Shown piece after piece: positions 27,001-36,904 of a DNA stretch of 64,000 nucleotides. The stretch comes from Oculina patagonica (lineage: Eukaryota): assembly GCF_052425735.1 (NCBI RefSeq), contig NC_135769.1:15376001-15440000 (forward strand). Reading direction: 5' to 3'. The stretch's first letter is position 1, and each line of letters starts with the position of its first letter. The notes beneath the pieces are model-generated. The model worked only from the letters and a program-made list of their open reading frames with translations, ran no database searches and was not told where the DNA came from. The translations under genes and the position numbers were made by a program.

Positions 27001-30000
27001 CTGGTAAAGAATTGGATTTCTTTGTGCGTAATCTTTAAGCCATCCCCTTTTTTCTCTGTTTGCGCGTCACCGACCAGATTTCGCGTTTAAAAAAAAAAAA
27101 AATTATACAGAAGGAAGAAGGCATGACACTAATAATGTTTCATCCTTTACGCTGTTCTGTTTGAGTAACCACGACGCGATCCTCCCCATTGCCGCCATGT
27201 GACTGTAACCATGCCCCAGGCCCACGGACATAGCGAGGACCGGGCCTCCTAGTTCCAGACTCCCCTTTTTTTTTGTTTTTTTTTTATCCGACCGACCGAC
27301 CCAAAATCAGAAAACACATACGACGATAAACGAAAAAAAAAAAGGGGATGGCCTAAGAGGAACCCACGCATTTTGGATGCTTGTGATCTTTAATATTATT
27401 CACGCCATTACCTCAACTTCCGGCAATGCTCTGATCCTAGCTGCCCTTTACAAAGAGTCGTCCCTTCATCCACCCTCTAAGATCTTGTTGCGTTCCCTGG
27501 CAGTTACTGATTTGTGCGTGGGGATTCTCTTGGAGCGGCTCTTTGTCGCAAAATTGTTACAAATGCTTAACTTAAAAATGTATACAGTCAACTCTCTCTA
27601 AGACGGACACCTTCGGGACCGGCCGCAGCTGTCCGTCTTAGAGAGGTGTCCGCTCTGTAGAAAGTCGAGGTAACATGACACCAGTAATTCTGAGATAATA
27701 AAAGCTAAACCTTTGCACAATGTAACAAACCTTTGCTAACTGCAACAAGACTAAAATAATAAAAGGACCGTATTTGCTTTTTAGAGCAAGAATTGAGAGC
27801 TTCTACTAACTGTTATACTGTAAGAAGAGAACGACCTCTTAAGTGTCCATATACGTAAGCAAAGAAGTAATCCGTTAAAGCGTCATTGATTGTGGTTAGA
27901 AAGCTTGGTACTTGATACACGTATCCTTAGGGCACTGACTAACTTTGCGAAGATGGAAAGTATTTTCACTAATACAACATGATAAAAAAACACTTCTCAA
28001 GTGTCCGTTAATGATTTCAAAGTGTCCGTTGTCCGTCTTAGAGAGGTGTCCGTTTTATAAGGAGTTTGATAACAGTATAATGGCTGAAAAACGGCAGGGA
28101 CCATCACCAAGTGTCCGTCTTATGGAGGTGTCCGTCTTATAGAGGTGTCCGTTAAGAGAGAGTTGACTGTAAATACAAAAACAGCCGGAAAGGACAGGAG
28201 ACAGAAACCAAAACCTAGCTGGTGAATCTGCTGATACTTAAATATTTAGACCAAGGCTAAAATATTTTGCCTGCTAAATCATTGTTATAGTTAATGTAAA
28301 TAGGAATTTGCGAAAACAGTATTGCTTAGCTGTTGCAATTAAGCATTGTCAGGTTGAATGGCACATTGTTATGGTTATCTGTGAAAAGAGATTGTTGTAA
28401 ACATAAATTATGTAGAACAAAACAACGAACATAGACATATAAGACTCACCAACATATGATAGTTTTATTTCGCACCTTCAGTAAGCTTTAATATTAAAAT
28501 AATTTTTTTATCAGGTAAAATTATCTGAATTATTTGACCGCACACAGTCACAACGAAACGAATGTTGAGATGAATATTGCGACAATTTATTTCGTCTAAG
28601 CCGTTAACAATGAATGAAGAGTGCAGAGCAAAAACTTACTTAAATCCCTATCGTACGTGACCTCGCATAAAGACTATACACAATAAAACTGACTGACATT
28701 CAATTTTAAATTTAGTGATGGAATTAAAAGAAAAGTATATATTTATTTATAATATAATATAAAGTCGTTGTATAAATTAAAACTGTGACGCTTTTCTGTG
28801 GTAAAAAACAACACAGTAGTAATTCAGTTACAATATAAATTTACTTATGACAACAAAGGGACAGCAGGAAATAAGAGTAAAAATCAAGCTCACACCACTT
28901 AATTAAAAATAAAAACAAAAAATCTAATAAACCTGGTTGTTCACATCAAGCAAATAATATAAATATAACTCCATTTTATCACTGACAAATATAATGCATC
29001 CGCTCTAAGCCAATAAGAGTTAAGCAATTGACCGTTTTATGATGAGCCCCATAATTATAACTTGGTTGGCATTGAATGATAACATCTGCCATGCAGTCCT
29101 TTCAAAAAATATAATACAGATTGCATCGTGACTAAAACTTTTAATTTCAGATCCTATTGGAAATTTTAAATTAATACAATTACCGACACACAAACACGTC
29201 AATATGATGACATTAAATGAATTTCAAACAAGCTGATGTTTTTAGACATGCGCAGTTTCTAGCTACCTTGCCAAGGGTATAAATATTGGAGACATTTGAA
29301 GTCGCATCTCAAATATAAACATCCCCAATCAGTGCATGAAGCTGCCACAGGATATCATCCGCGGAGACTGTTTAGCAGTGAAATAGGGTTTACAATACTG
29401 AACATGGAAGATACTGAGCAAGCTGGAAGCCGACGTACACAAAATTATTGTACGGCACCTTTAAAAGGAACCAGTGCATTATGGTTTCTTGTAGCCTCGA
29501 ATGTTTTTCTCACAATCACGTCAACGTTAGGTAATACTGTTATCCTAGCTGCCCTTCACAAGGAGTCGTCCCTTCATTCACCTTCAAAGATCTTGTTACG
29601 TTCACTGGCGCTCACTGATTTCTTGGTTGGCATTCTCACGGAGCCATTTTTTATCATATTTTTCATGACAATCGAACATGAGAACTTGAATCTTTGCTAT
29701 GACCTTATAACTGCCGGTATTTTTGTAGGTTTACTGTTGTGTTCGGTATCTTTGCTCACACTGACAGCAATAAGCGTGGACAGACTTCTCGCCCTGTTAC
29801 TGGGCATGAGATACAGAGAAGTGGTTACTTCTAAACGAGTGCTGATGATTGTGATATGTTTTTGGATTTTGAGTATTGGCCTTATTACCTCAGGTTTATG
29901 GATCGGTGATATCACTTTTTATTATATCTCCTTATCTGTTCCATTATGCCTAGTAGTCTCAACCTGCTGTTATACAAAGATTTACCTAAAGCTCCTTCAT

Positions 30001-33000
30001 CATCAAGCTCAAATACACGTTCACCAAGGACAACCAAACGGACATGAGCCATTGAACATAGCGCGATACAGAAAGACAGTGTCCAGTGCATTGTGGGTAC
30101 AGTTTTCAGTACCTGTATGCTACCTTCCAACTGGTATAGTTACAGGTTTGATGGCGACCAGAGGAATGCTTCCATCTCTTATTGTCGCTTGGATGTTTTC
30201 ATCAACGCTAACATTGTTTAACTCAACACTAAACCCGATGCTATATTGTTGGAAAATTAAGGAAGTAAGACGAGCGGCCATTAACACAATTAAACAGCTA
30301 ACTTGTTGTGGATCAAGTTAAACGAACCTAAATCCACAGAATCTAAAGTACTAGTTTGACATAAGCGGCGGAGCAGGGGGAGCAGGGTCGCTGTAGCCCC
30401 CCCCCCCCAAAAAAAAAAAAACGTTGTTAGCGAAGCATAAAATTGGTTTATCAAGATATTCAGTCTAGTGATTTTTTCACAAATCGTTTCATTATATTAG
30501 GATCGTGCTTGGCGAAATAATATGGTGAAGGACTATCAAAGAAACTCCTCTCCCAGAAACGCTACTAAGAGAGGTCCAACAGCTGGTAGAATTGTATTTG
30601 ACATTGCCTGTGGCATCGGCGATGGAGCAGAAAACAAAATTCTGTTACTAATTACGATATAAATTGTCTTTTTACGCCATAATTAAAAAAATACGTAAAA
30701 AGCAGGTAATACGAATAAAAAACAAGCTGACACAACTTATTGCGGTTTTCAGTGAAATGCGAACTTTGAATTTTAAATTCCAAAAAACGTTTGGTTTTTC
30801 CCCCCCGTCATTTATATTTTTGGGGAAAACAAAGGAACAAAAAAAAAAAAAAAAAAAAAAAATGGATAAAAATTTTACAAATCAAATGGAGAAATTTTTT
30901 TTCCCCGTAAAACTCTCCCCCGGGGGGCTCCTATAATTTTACAGCAAAAAAAAAAAAATTTTTTTTTTTTTTATTTTTTAAAAAAATAATTTAAAAAGAA
31001 AGAAACCCTAATACCTGTTTATTTTTCTTTCAAGCAAACAAAATTCATTCATTTCACATTTACAAAGAATTTCAAGCTAACAGGAAATAAATGTCAGTTA
31101 GATAAAAAGACTCGTCAAACACTCCATAAACTCATCAGTACTGAATACACTCCAAAGGGAAATATTAATTAATGACCAGTATGCCAATGTTTTTTTACGG
31201 AGTGTTACAAGCACCACAGCTTAGGTAATTGGTTTTGATTACATTGTTTAGCGCCATGGCAAAGTTGATTGGACCGTTCAGTAAACTTATTATAAACAAA
31301 TAAGAATCAAAGTCACTCGACGCTGCTTTAACAGCGTGTTTCGTTTGTGGTTCGAGGGAAGAGGGTCCTGAAGGGAGGGTACCAAATCCCATTTCCCAGC
31401 CCAAGTTTTGCCCAAATCCCATTTCCCAGCCTATTTTTTGTCTAAATCCCAGTCCCAGCAGTGAAATTCCCAGTGCGTGGAAAATCTGGTCTCAAGTGCA
31501 TTATATCTGTGTTGTTTTGATTGTCCTAAACGTAGCCTACTCTCTGAACTTTCCCTTCGGTGCCCAATATAGGGATTGAACCCAGGCGCAGGAAGAGCGA
31601 GTCCAGAATAACTTGTATGCGCATGCTTAGAAATCCGTCGCCCCCCACCCCCCCACCTTACAAAAAAGGGGGGTGACCACCCGGGGGTGACCAAACCATA
31701 TTCCACAGCACCTTTGGACACGCACGCGCGCAGACGATAAATTAAAAAAGTTGTAATTGTGGATTTAGTACCTATTTTGCATAGTTCAGTTTTTCATTTA
31801 AGCGAGCTATTTTTACCTTAGCGCACACACGCTACATGTAAGAAATGCCACACCTCTCTGTCGTTTTTCATTGGTTTGTTTTTAAAAGCATGCACATGCA
31901 AGTTATCCTGGACTTTCTTTTCGCACCTGGGTCGCAGAAGGGATAGTTTAACGACTTGACTAATACGACTATCCAAAATCATGCTCTGCTAGTTATCATC
32001 ACTAATATTGTTGAGAATATCACTTTTCATTTGTTCGTTTGTCTTGTAGAGAATAATAGAATTTTTTGAAGCTTTAACTAAAGCTATCAAGTTTTTATCC
32101 CGTACCTACCACTACCCTGACTGACAACAACTTGCTGTCACTTCTTTTAAATATTCCATTTGTGCTGATCCTCAGTCATAGCTGTTCCGTTGAGTAACTT
32201 AATCACTTACACGAAAATTGATCAAGACTTCATGGACACTCGTGCAGTGCGGTCGTTTCGTTTCAGAATTTTCAGCGTCAGTTTGAACTATTTTTTGCCG
32301 GACTTTAAGAACATAACATTATATAAGGTAGCGCAAAATATGCAGGTTTAGTCATGTACTGATGCGCTTCCCATTCCCATTTTTTGTTTCCGAATCCCAG
32401 TCCCAGTGACCTAAATCCCATTTTCCCAGTGAAAAAATAGGCAAATCCCAGTTCCCATTTTACCCCTTCAGGACCCTCAGGGAATAGAAGTGTGTTCATG
32501 GAAATGTTATAAAGAAACCTTATGAAAATATCGCTGAACAAATCATACACTGAACATGATTTCTCGGCCCTGAGCATGCTCCCGGCCCCCAATCCGGTCC
32601 CCCCCAATCCGGCCCCCAATCCGGCCCCCAATCCTAAACACAATCTAAGTCCAGTAACCTGAAATTTTTTTTAGATAATCTCATAATACAATGGAATTCC
32701 GATTTCTAGCATCCTCGTTTTCCCGAACCGACCGAAAACTCGAACCAAAAGTCTTTTCCTTGGATTTGTTTCACTCAGTCGAACACCGCAGTTTTAACTC
32801 GATTCTCGAACCAATTTTTGTCTCCAAGAAGGTTCGAGATATCGAGATTCCACTGTAGTTTCTGCCTTTTCACAACTAAAATAGCAGCGGCAATGGACTT
32901 TTAACGCAAGGAGTTCAATGAGAAAAGTTATTTAGTGAAAATTAGTATTAGTAAATTCTATCTATCGGTTCAACTTCCCACCGGGTATATCTTGGGTGGC

Positions 33001-36000
33001 TTTGGTTAAACTCCCGTCAAGGGAAGGGGTGAAAAACACATAAGTGGAGAAGGGGTTGTTTAGGTGCTGGACTAGCTAGTAGAAAGATGTTTCACTTAAC
33101 TATATATGGAATCATAAACAGAATTTTTCAATTATTATATTTTTACAGATATGGAGACAAAGCACCCAAAACAATTGCTGGTAAACTGCTGGGGCTGGTG
33201 TGGATGTTGGCAGGACTTATCATCATCACCATGTTTATCAGCATCATCACCACGTCATTAACTTCAGTCAGTCTAGAAGGACGAACTAGCCTTAGGGGGG
33301 TCATGGTAGGTAGGCACTTCAGTCAGTCTAGAAGGACGAACTAGCCTTAGGGGGGTCATGGTAGGTAGGAACTCAGTGCGGAAACACAAGCTCCAAATGT
33401 TGCAGTCTTGCCTTGTTACCTTTTTACTGAAATGAACTAGAATAATCTGTGATCAGTTCTAAGATCTGTTTCTTCGTTTCCCTAGGAATATACCATTCCC
33501 TGCCAAGAAATTAAATATGAAACACGAAACATTTTTCCTATATTTTTCCTAAACACTGAAAATAATGCAAGAAAACACGATACAAAAGAGTTCGTCAAAA
33601 GGAGAGCGGCGAAACATGAGTTGGACAATCTCCACACCAGTAAATTTGTCATTTTCGCATGCCAAGTGCCGTATAATATTATTTCAACCTCAGTGATGTA
33701 AGCATTTCATTAATAAAATCGGAGCCAGTCGTTAGTCAATTACCTTAAATGCAGAGGCGGTGGTGTGTTTTGAAACAAGGCGGAGCAACGTACTCCAAGC
33801 CAAGTGCATACCCCCCCACCCCGGGGGGGGGGAGGGACACCACCGTACTCAAATTTCCCAAAATGTCTTTAACAGTGTCCGGTGTAGCCTCCCACGCAGT
33901 CGTTCTTAGGGGCGATCGCGTTAGGAGGAGTGTAACGCGATCGCCCCTAAGAACGACTGCGTGGGAGGCTATGTCCGGTGTGTCGGTAATCGATTTGTGA
34001 CAATGCATAACTAGGCAGTTCACTGAGACAATCCTGCTTTATGGTGCTTTTTGAGTTGTTCTTTAGACGTCAGAGGGCAGAAAATGTACGCTGGTTCTTC
34101 CTGGACATAAGCGAGAGTTTCGTTGAAAGTCCCACACCATATATTATCCCGCCAAGCACGATCCTGATAAAATGATTTGTGTCTAGACAAACCAATTTTA
34201 TGCTGCGCTAGCGATACTTGCGACACTGAAATGTGTGAGGGCTAAGTCCCCCACCCCCTGCTCCGCCGCCTGTGAAATTAAATGGCAATAGTCGATAAGG
34301 AGGTAGACTAAAGCGATTTATTTGTATGACATGAATGGCAGGTGTCAGCTGTCAATCATAGTGAGGAACACAAGCTCGGGATTCGTGAAATTGCCACAGT
34401 AGAAGGTTAGTCAGATCTCAGTATTATTTTTCACATGTGTTTGCTTCCTTAGTTTGACATGAATTATCAAATAAAAGAAATTCGCGTATCTGATTGGTTC
34501 TTGTATTTTTTCTATTTGACAATTAGTCTACGAGCCGAAGTTTTCTTTGAGCGATTATTCAATAACCGAGCTACTGCGCGCGTTGTGATTGGTTGATGTC
34601 TGTCATCTATTAAAGTACAGACGCACAGATGCCGTCACTGCGTGGTGTGACTCACGCGCCAACCTCGTAGTTTTTTCAGCAAAAACTCGCAGGGCCACAA
34701 CAAAACAAAAACGTTCGGCTTAATTATAAATCAACAGTGACAAACAGGTACCGTTCACCTTTCGAAACATTTATCTGGACTAAACAAGCTTGAAGTAGAC
34801 AGTGAATGGTTCGAGAAATTATCGAAATCTGTATGAAAGTGTTTGTCCGATGTTGAACAGGAGACAAATGAATGGCGGTTGAACGCTTAGGTTAAAGCTT
34901 AAACAGCTATCCAAATGGAAGTAAGGCTAGTTTTTTCGATGATGGTTCAATTTTCCATTAATTTTCCATTTTCCATTATTCTGTTTATTTAACCGGTTTA
35001 ACAGTGGTTCAACGGAATGATTCAACGCGTCACACTTAATAAAGCTCTCCTCTTTGCATATCTTTATTCTAATACAGTCAACATTAAATATCAATTCATT
35101 CGTTTCAAAAAATGTTTGCATGAAAATTTGGTGATGCACGCATTAAACTAACATCACTGGACCAGTTAATAAGTTTTTCTATATTCCCATGACTTATCTT
35201 CAGAAAAGTTATGAATATGCTTTAGACCCTCGTCAAAAAGGTATCTTAAATTTAACAAATTTGGAATTGTAACTGAAGATTTTTATGTTACCCAGCTCTG
35301 GTCAGCAGTGAAGAAGTGTTTCAATATGTACTTGACCGTCGCGTGGAAGGCGCTTTAGTGGATGTACACGGACTTAAGCATCATATCAACGCCCTTACTC
35401 AACATAACATACAGGTGAACAAATGCCCCATTGATTCGTTTAATCGACTTTCCTTAGAGCGGTTTTCACTTGAGTGTCGAAAGTAATTCGCGTTTGCATT
35501 GGTTTTGCATTAGTACGCTCAGTGATTGGTTTAAAACTCTCACGCCACTTTCTCAGTCAATCGGAAGTAAAACCAAAACCAATCGTGACTCGCTTGCGCA
35601 CGTTTTGCCGCGCTTCTTGCCGGCTACATGTATTTGCTTCGAGTTTTGATTGGTTTAATGGATTGTCTCTGTTCTTTGTGATCGGCTAGAGTGATTACTT
35701 TGATTTTGGTTTTACGACACTCAATTGAAAACTGCTCTATATGGTCATAACTTCCAGTACACATGACCACTGCGTTCCTTGTTGATAGGTCGGCAATATT
35801 CTTAGCAGTCACGTGGCGTATGGAGCAATTCTTGCTGTCAACGCCAGCCGCTTTGTGAGATGCTTTAGAGAATACATGCAAACCGAAGAGCAATGGCTTT
35901 ATCATATTCTGGCAGAAAACACGGGAACCACAAAGGTCAGTACAAGACGCCTTGCAGCATTCTTGTTTCCAGAGTCTTCGTTTCGTTTTATGGGCATATA

Positions 36001-36904
36001 CTGTATTTTTATAAACAATAGTTTTTATTTTCATAAATTTTCATTAGTCAAAATCTTAGAAGGTAGACGCAGTAGACGCATCGGAGAGGAAGGGGGGGGG
36101 GGGGGGGGGTCACCAGAAAGCGAGGGATTTTGAAAAACATTCAGGTCGAGTGTTGAGTGTTGGATACTGAACTTGGTAAAAGTCTGTTTTGTGTAGCGAC
36201 AGAAATGTCTGTGTTTTCTGGTCCCGCAGGAGAAGATAAGCGTTGCAGAGGATTATTTTGGCAGCGGAGGAATATTCAGTATCGCAGTGTACTGCGGACT
36301 CTCGCTGTTTGTGCTGCTCATTGCTGCAGGGATCGGCTGGGAGATGTACAGAAGACGGAAACTTAAAACCAAAAAACAAAGTACCGGTGAAGGTAAGATT
36401 GAGTTCGATGCCTGACTCATCAATAATCTAAAAGATCAGCGATAACAAGAATGGACGACCTCTCCCCAAATCATTGATTTTCTGAAAGGAAACAGTTGCA
36501 TTAACATTTTTTGTCTTGGTATTTTTTGTCTTGAATGTTCCACTGACTATATGTGACATTCTACGCAAACATCAAATAATCTTTAGCTGGAGGAGAAATA
36601 TATACTTAATGTGATTATACTGTTTATTTATAATTCAGCGGCCAATGTAGAAACTGCCACCATTGTCCTGGAAGACTTAGAGACCCGCCCGACCCCGCGG
36701 CTATCGTTTGGTCAGGGCCCTTCAGAGCAGCTGGTCTCCAAACACAGCATGGAGATCATGAGCATGGACGAAGAACTCAACGATTTTCGGAAAAGTTGGC
36801 AGGATAGGCGTTCAAGAATGTTAGAGCGACATCAACGAGAACAAGCAAGTGGTGGTATTAATGGCGAACGTTCCAGCTCCTTAACTACAGTAGAAGAACC
36901 ATGA
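13554..36904 (+). CDS. Gene B: paralogous GluR0/AvGluR1-like ionotropic receptor with a K+ selectivity filter, about 521 aa, 8 coding exons
   Basis: Exons 13554-14108, 15807-15901, 33149-33305, 34342-34405, 35296-35414, 35789-35935, 36230-36392, 36639-36904 (1566 nt); all introns GT-AG and in frame. Internal exon lengths 95, 157, 64 and 119+147=266 match gene A exactly. Pore GFWWAFITMTTVG|YGDKAPKTIAGK; M4 IFSIAVYCGLSLFVLLIAAGIGW. Confidence 0.88.
17851..18786 (+). CDS. Intronless class A GPCR of a second, more distant subfamily (adenosine/melanocortin-receptor-like), 311 aa; nested in intron 2 of gene B
   Basis: LAVSD, SVDRFLAI, CYSP, NSSLNPIIYCW motifs; intact ORF; AATAAA at about 18842. 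Confidence 0.92.
   Translation: MKQSSCEAVPHYFPLISEVEDLYWAYIVNCILNNFLSYTAIMLNIVTLHVIRKTSSLPKTLKTLLLSLAVSDVGVGLLAQPLYTSLLVKWFQQTNPSCSNYKVFLVIMLLFSLASLFGVVAVSVDRFLAIHFHLRYRELVTYKRVVAVVMLIWVLSAFFSLTTLWVAPGIRSIFLSVSVVVLLLFTTMVYIRIYLAVRRHKNQIQALQVNEAAQTTEMTNFASLVKSAVGIFYVYLVFFVCYSPFFICLAAIKVNGPSIPLKRFSLFSWTLVFLNSSLNPIIYCWKMRHVRHAVMDILRNMPRNRNRGTSQ
20410..20790 (+). mobile_element. 3' fragment of an RTE-clade non-LTR retrotransposon
   Basis: Translates to LQVFVNKC...SNVELL...KRRKWRWIGHTLR...ALHYHPQGKRKVGRP...W...VDALC, the typical RTE ORF C-terminus; contains a stop. Confidence 0.8.
21544..22461 (-). CDS. Intronless class A GPCR paralog, 305 aa; nested antisense in intron 2 of gene B
   Basis: Intact ORF with LALTD, SVDRLL, CYLP, NSTLNPVLY. 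Confidence 0.92.
   Translation of the reverse strand: MEADYHDAQDEPFCTARLLIGSHALWFCIIAFHIFLGITSMLSNTVILVALHKESSLHPPSKILLRSLALTDFCVGMLLEPLFVIFLMTVVNKSLNLCREIVVFTLFAGQVLCCVSLFTLTAISVDRLLALLLGMRYRQVVTFKRVLFSVIWFWILSIGFATVVFWNKKITACYVAIVVLLCIIVSTYCYIKIYLKLLHHQAQIQEHVHQGQPNGHEPLNIARYRKTVSSALWIQVSVLACYLPMVLTSVSIAVEGLTSSVFFAWTLSSTLVFFNSTLNPVLYCWKIREVRSSTMNTLRQIWCCL
23560..24080 (+). mobile_element. Probable 3' end of a decayed LINE (L2/CR1-like) ending in a (TTA)n tail
   Basis: TGTAAAGCGCCATG...ATATGGCGCTATATAAAT stem-loop directly followed by about 19 TTA units (24022-24080). The 5' boundary is uncertain. Confidence 0.45.
24171..25330 (-). pseudogene. GPCR pseudogene with an internal deletion and a SINE insertion
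   Basis: TM1-TM3 intact (25330-24945); a frameshifting deletion removes ICL2-TM4 at about 24943; TM5-TM7 at 24939-24611; a SINE sits inside NSTLNP; the remainder NSTLNPIVYCWKIRGVRRAV lies at 24314-24171. Confidence 0.9.
24315..24610 (+). mobile_element. Full-length tRNA-derived SINE
   Basis: Pol III A box (TGGCCTAATGG) and B box (GGTTCGAGGCC); 3' tail TTTACCTTTTTACCTT; exact 14-bp TSD TTCAGAGTTGAGTT (24301-24314 and 24611-24624). Confidence 0.92.
26564..26873. mobile_element. MITE with about 38-bp terminal inverted repeats
   Basis: TTATTGCGGTTTTCAGTGAAATGCGAACTCTGAAATTC and its exact reverse complement at the other end; a second, corrupted copy starts at about 30737. Confidence 0.8.
27358..27560 (+). 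pseudogene. GPCR gene fragment (TM1-TM2 only)
   Basis: [59 protein letters not shown]; similarity ends just before the MITE at 27585. Confidence 0.85.
27585..28169. mobile_element. Tc1/mariner-pogo-type MITE
   Basis: TIR CAGTCAACTCTCTC(T)TAA...TTAAGAGAGAGTTGACTG with flanking TA on both sides; subterminal TGTCCGTCTTAGAGAGG repeats. Confidence 0.85.
29404..30321 (+). CDS. Intronless class A GPCR paralog, 305 aa; nested on the same strand in intron 2 of gene B
   Basis: The real start is probably the ATG at 29404 (AACATGG, MEDTEQ...) rather than the upstream TTG of the ORF track; all family motifs are intact (NSTLNPMLY). Confidence 0.9.
   Translation: MEDTEQAGSRRTQNYCTAPLKGTSALWFLVASNVFLTITSTLGNTVILAALHKESSLHSPSKILLRSLALTDFLVGILTEPFFIIFFMTIEHENLNLCYDLITAGIFVGLLLCSVSLLTLTAISVDRLLALLLGMRYREVVTSKRVLMIVICFWILSIGLITSGLWIGDITFYYISLSVPLCLVVSTCCYTKIYLKLLHHQAQIHVHQGQPNGHEPLNIARYRKTVSSALWVQFSVPVCYLPTGIVTGLMATRGMLPSLIVAWMFSSTLTLFNSTLNPMLYCWKIKEVRRAAINTIKQLTCCGSS
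31361..32478. mobile_element. Non-autonomous TIR element with a 6-bp TSD, containing a nested MITE-like segment (about 31532-31962)
   Basis: 15-bp TIR GAGGGTCCTGAAGGG...CCCTTCAGGACCCTC; AGGGAA duplicated at 31355-31360 and 32479-32484; subterminal AATCCCATTTCCCAG-type repeats near both ends. Confidence 0.8.
32582..32633. repeat. 12-bp tandem repeat (CCGGCCCCCAAT), about 4 units
   Basis: Directly visible in the sequence; one unit is imperfect. Confidence 0.85.
33261..33369 (+). repeat. Perfect 54-bp tandem duplication of the 3' end of gene B exon 3 including its splice donor
   Basis: ACTTCAGTCAGTCTAGAAGGACGAACTAGCCTTAGGGGGGTCATGGTAGGTAGG at 33261-33314 and 33316-33369. Confidence 0.95.
33885..33971. 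mobile_element. 87-bp hairpin MITE with a 9-bp TSD
   Basis: Perfect 39-bp inverted arms (TAGCCTCCCACGCAGTCG...) around a 9-nt loop; TGTCCGGTG duplicated at 33876-33884 and 33972-33980. Confidence 0.9.
35455..35739. mobile_element. MITE in intron 5 of gene B
   Basis: Imperfect about 28-bp TIR TAGAGCGGTTTTCACTTGAGTGTCG...CGACACTCAATTGAAAACTGCTCTA; internal GATTGG repeats. Confidence 0.8.

Noticed and set aside
27600-28160. Spaced TGTCCGTCTTAGAGAGG repeats that superficially resemble a CRISPR array (also 47615-47652)
   Set aside because: Irregular subterminal repeats inside TIR-bounded MITEs in a eukaryotic genome; no unique spacers and no cas genes.
30780-31010. Homopolymer-rich stretch with a Lys-rich ORF (similar at about 20170-20360, 51420-51490, 53570-53700 and 9490-9545)
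   Set aside because: At 30737 a recognisable MITE copy degrades into A/T/G/C runs, which is typical of low-quality sequence; the poly-K and poly-F ORFs are low-complexity artefacts.
32305-32643. ORF with GAGL repeats
   Set aside because: It is produced by a 12-bp minisatellite plus the end of a TIR element; there is no splice or domain support.
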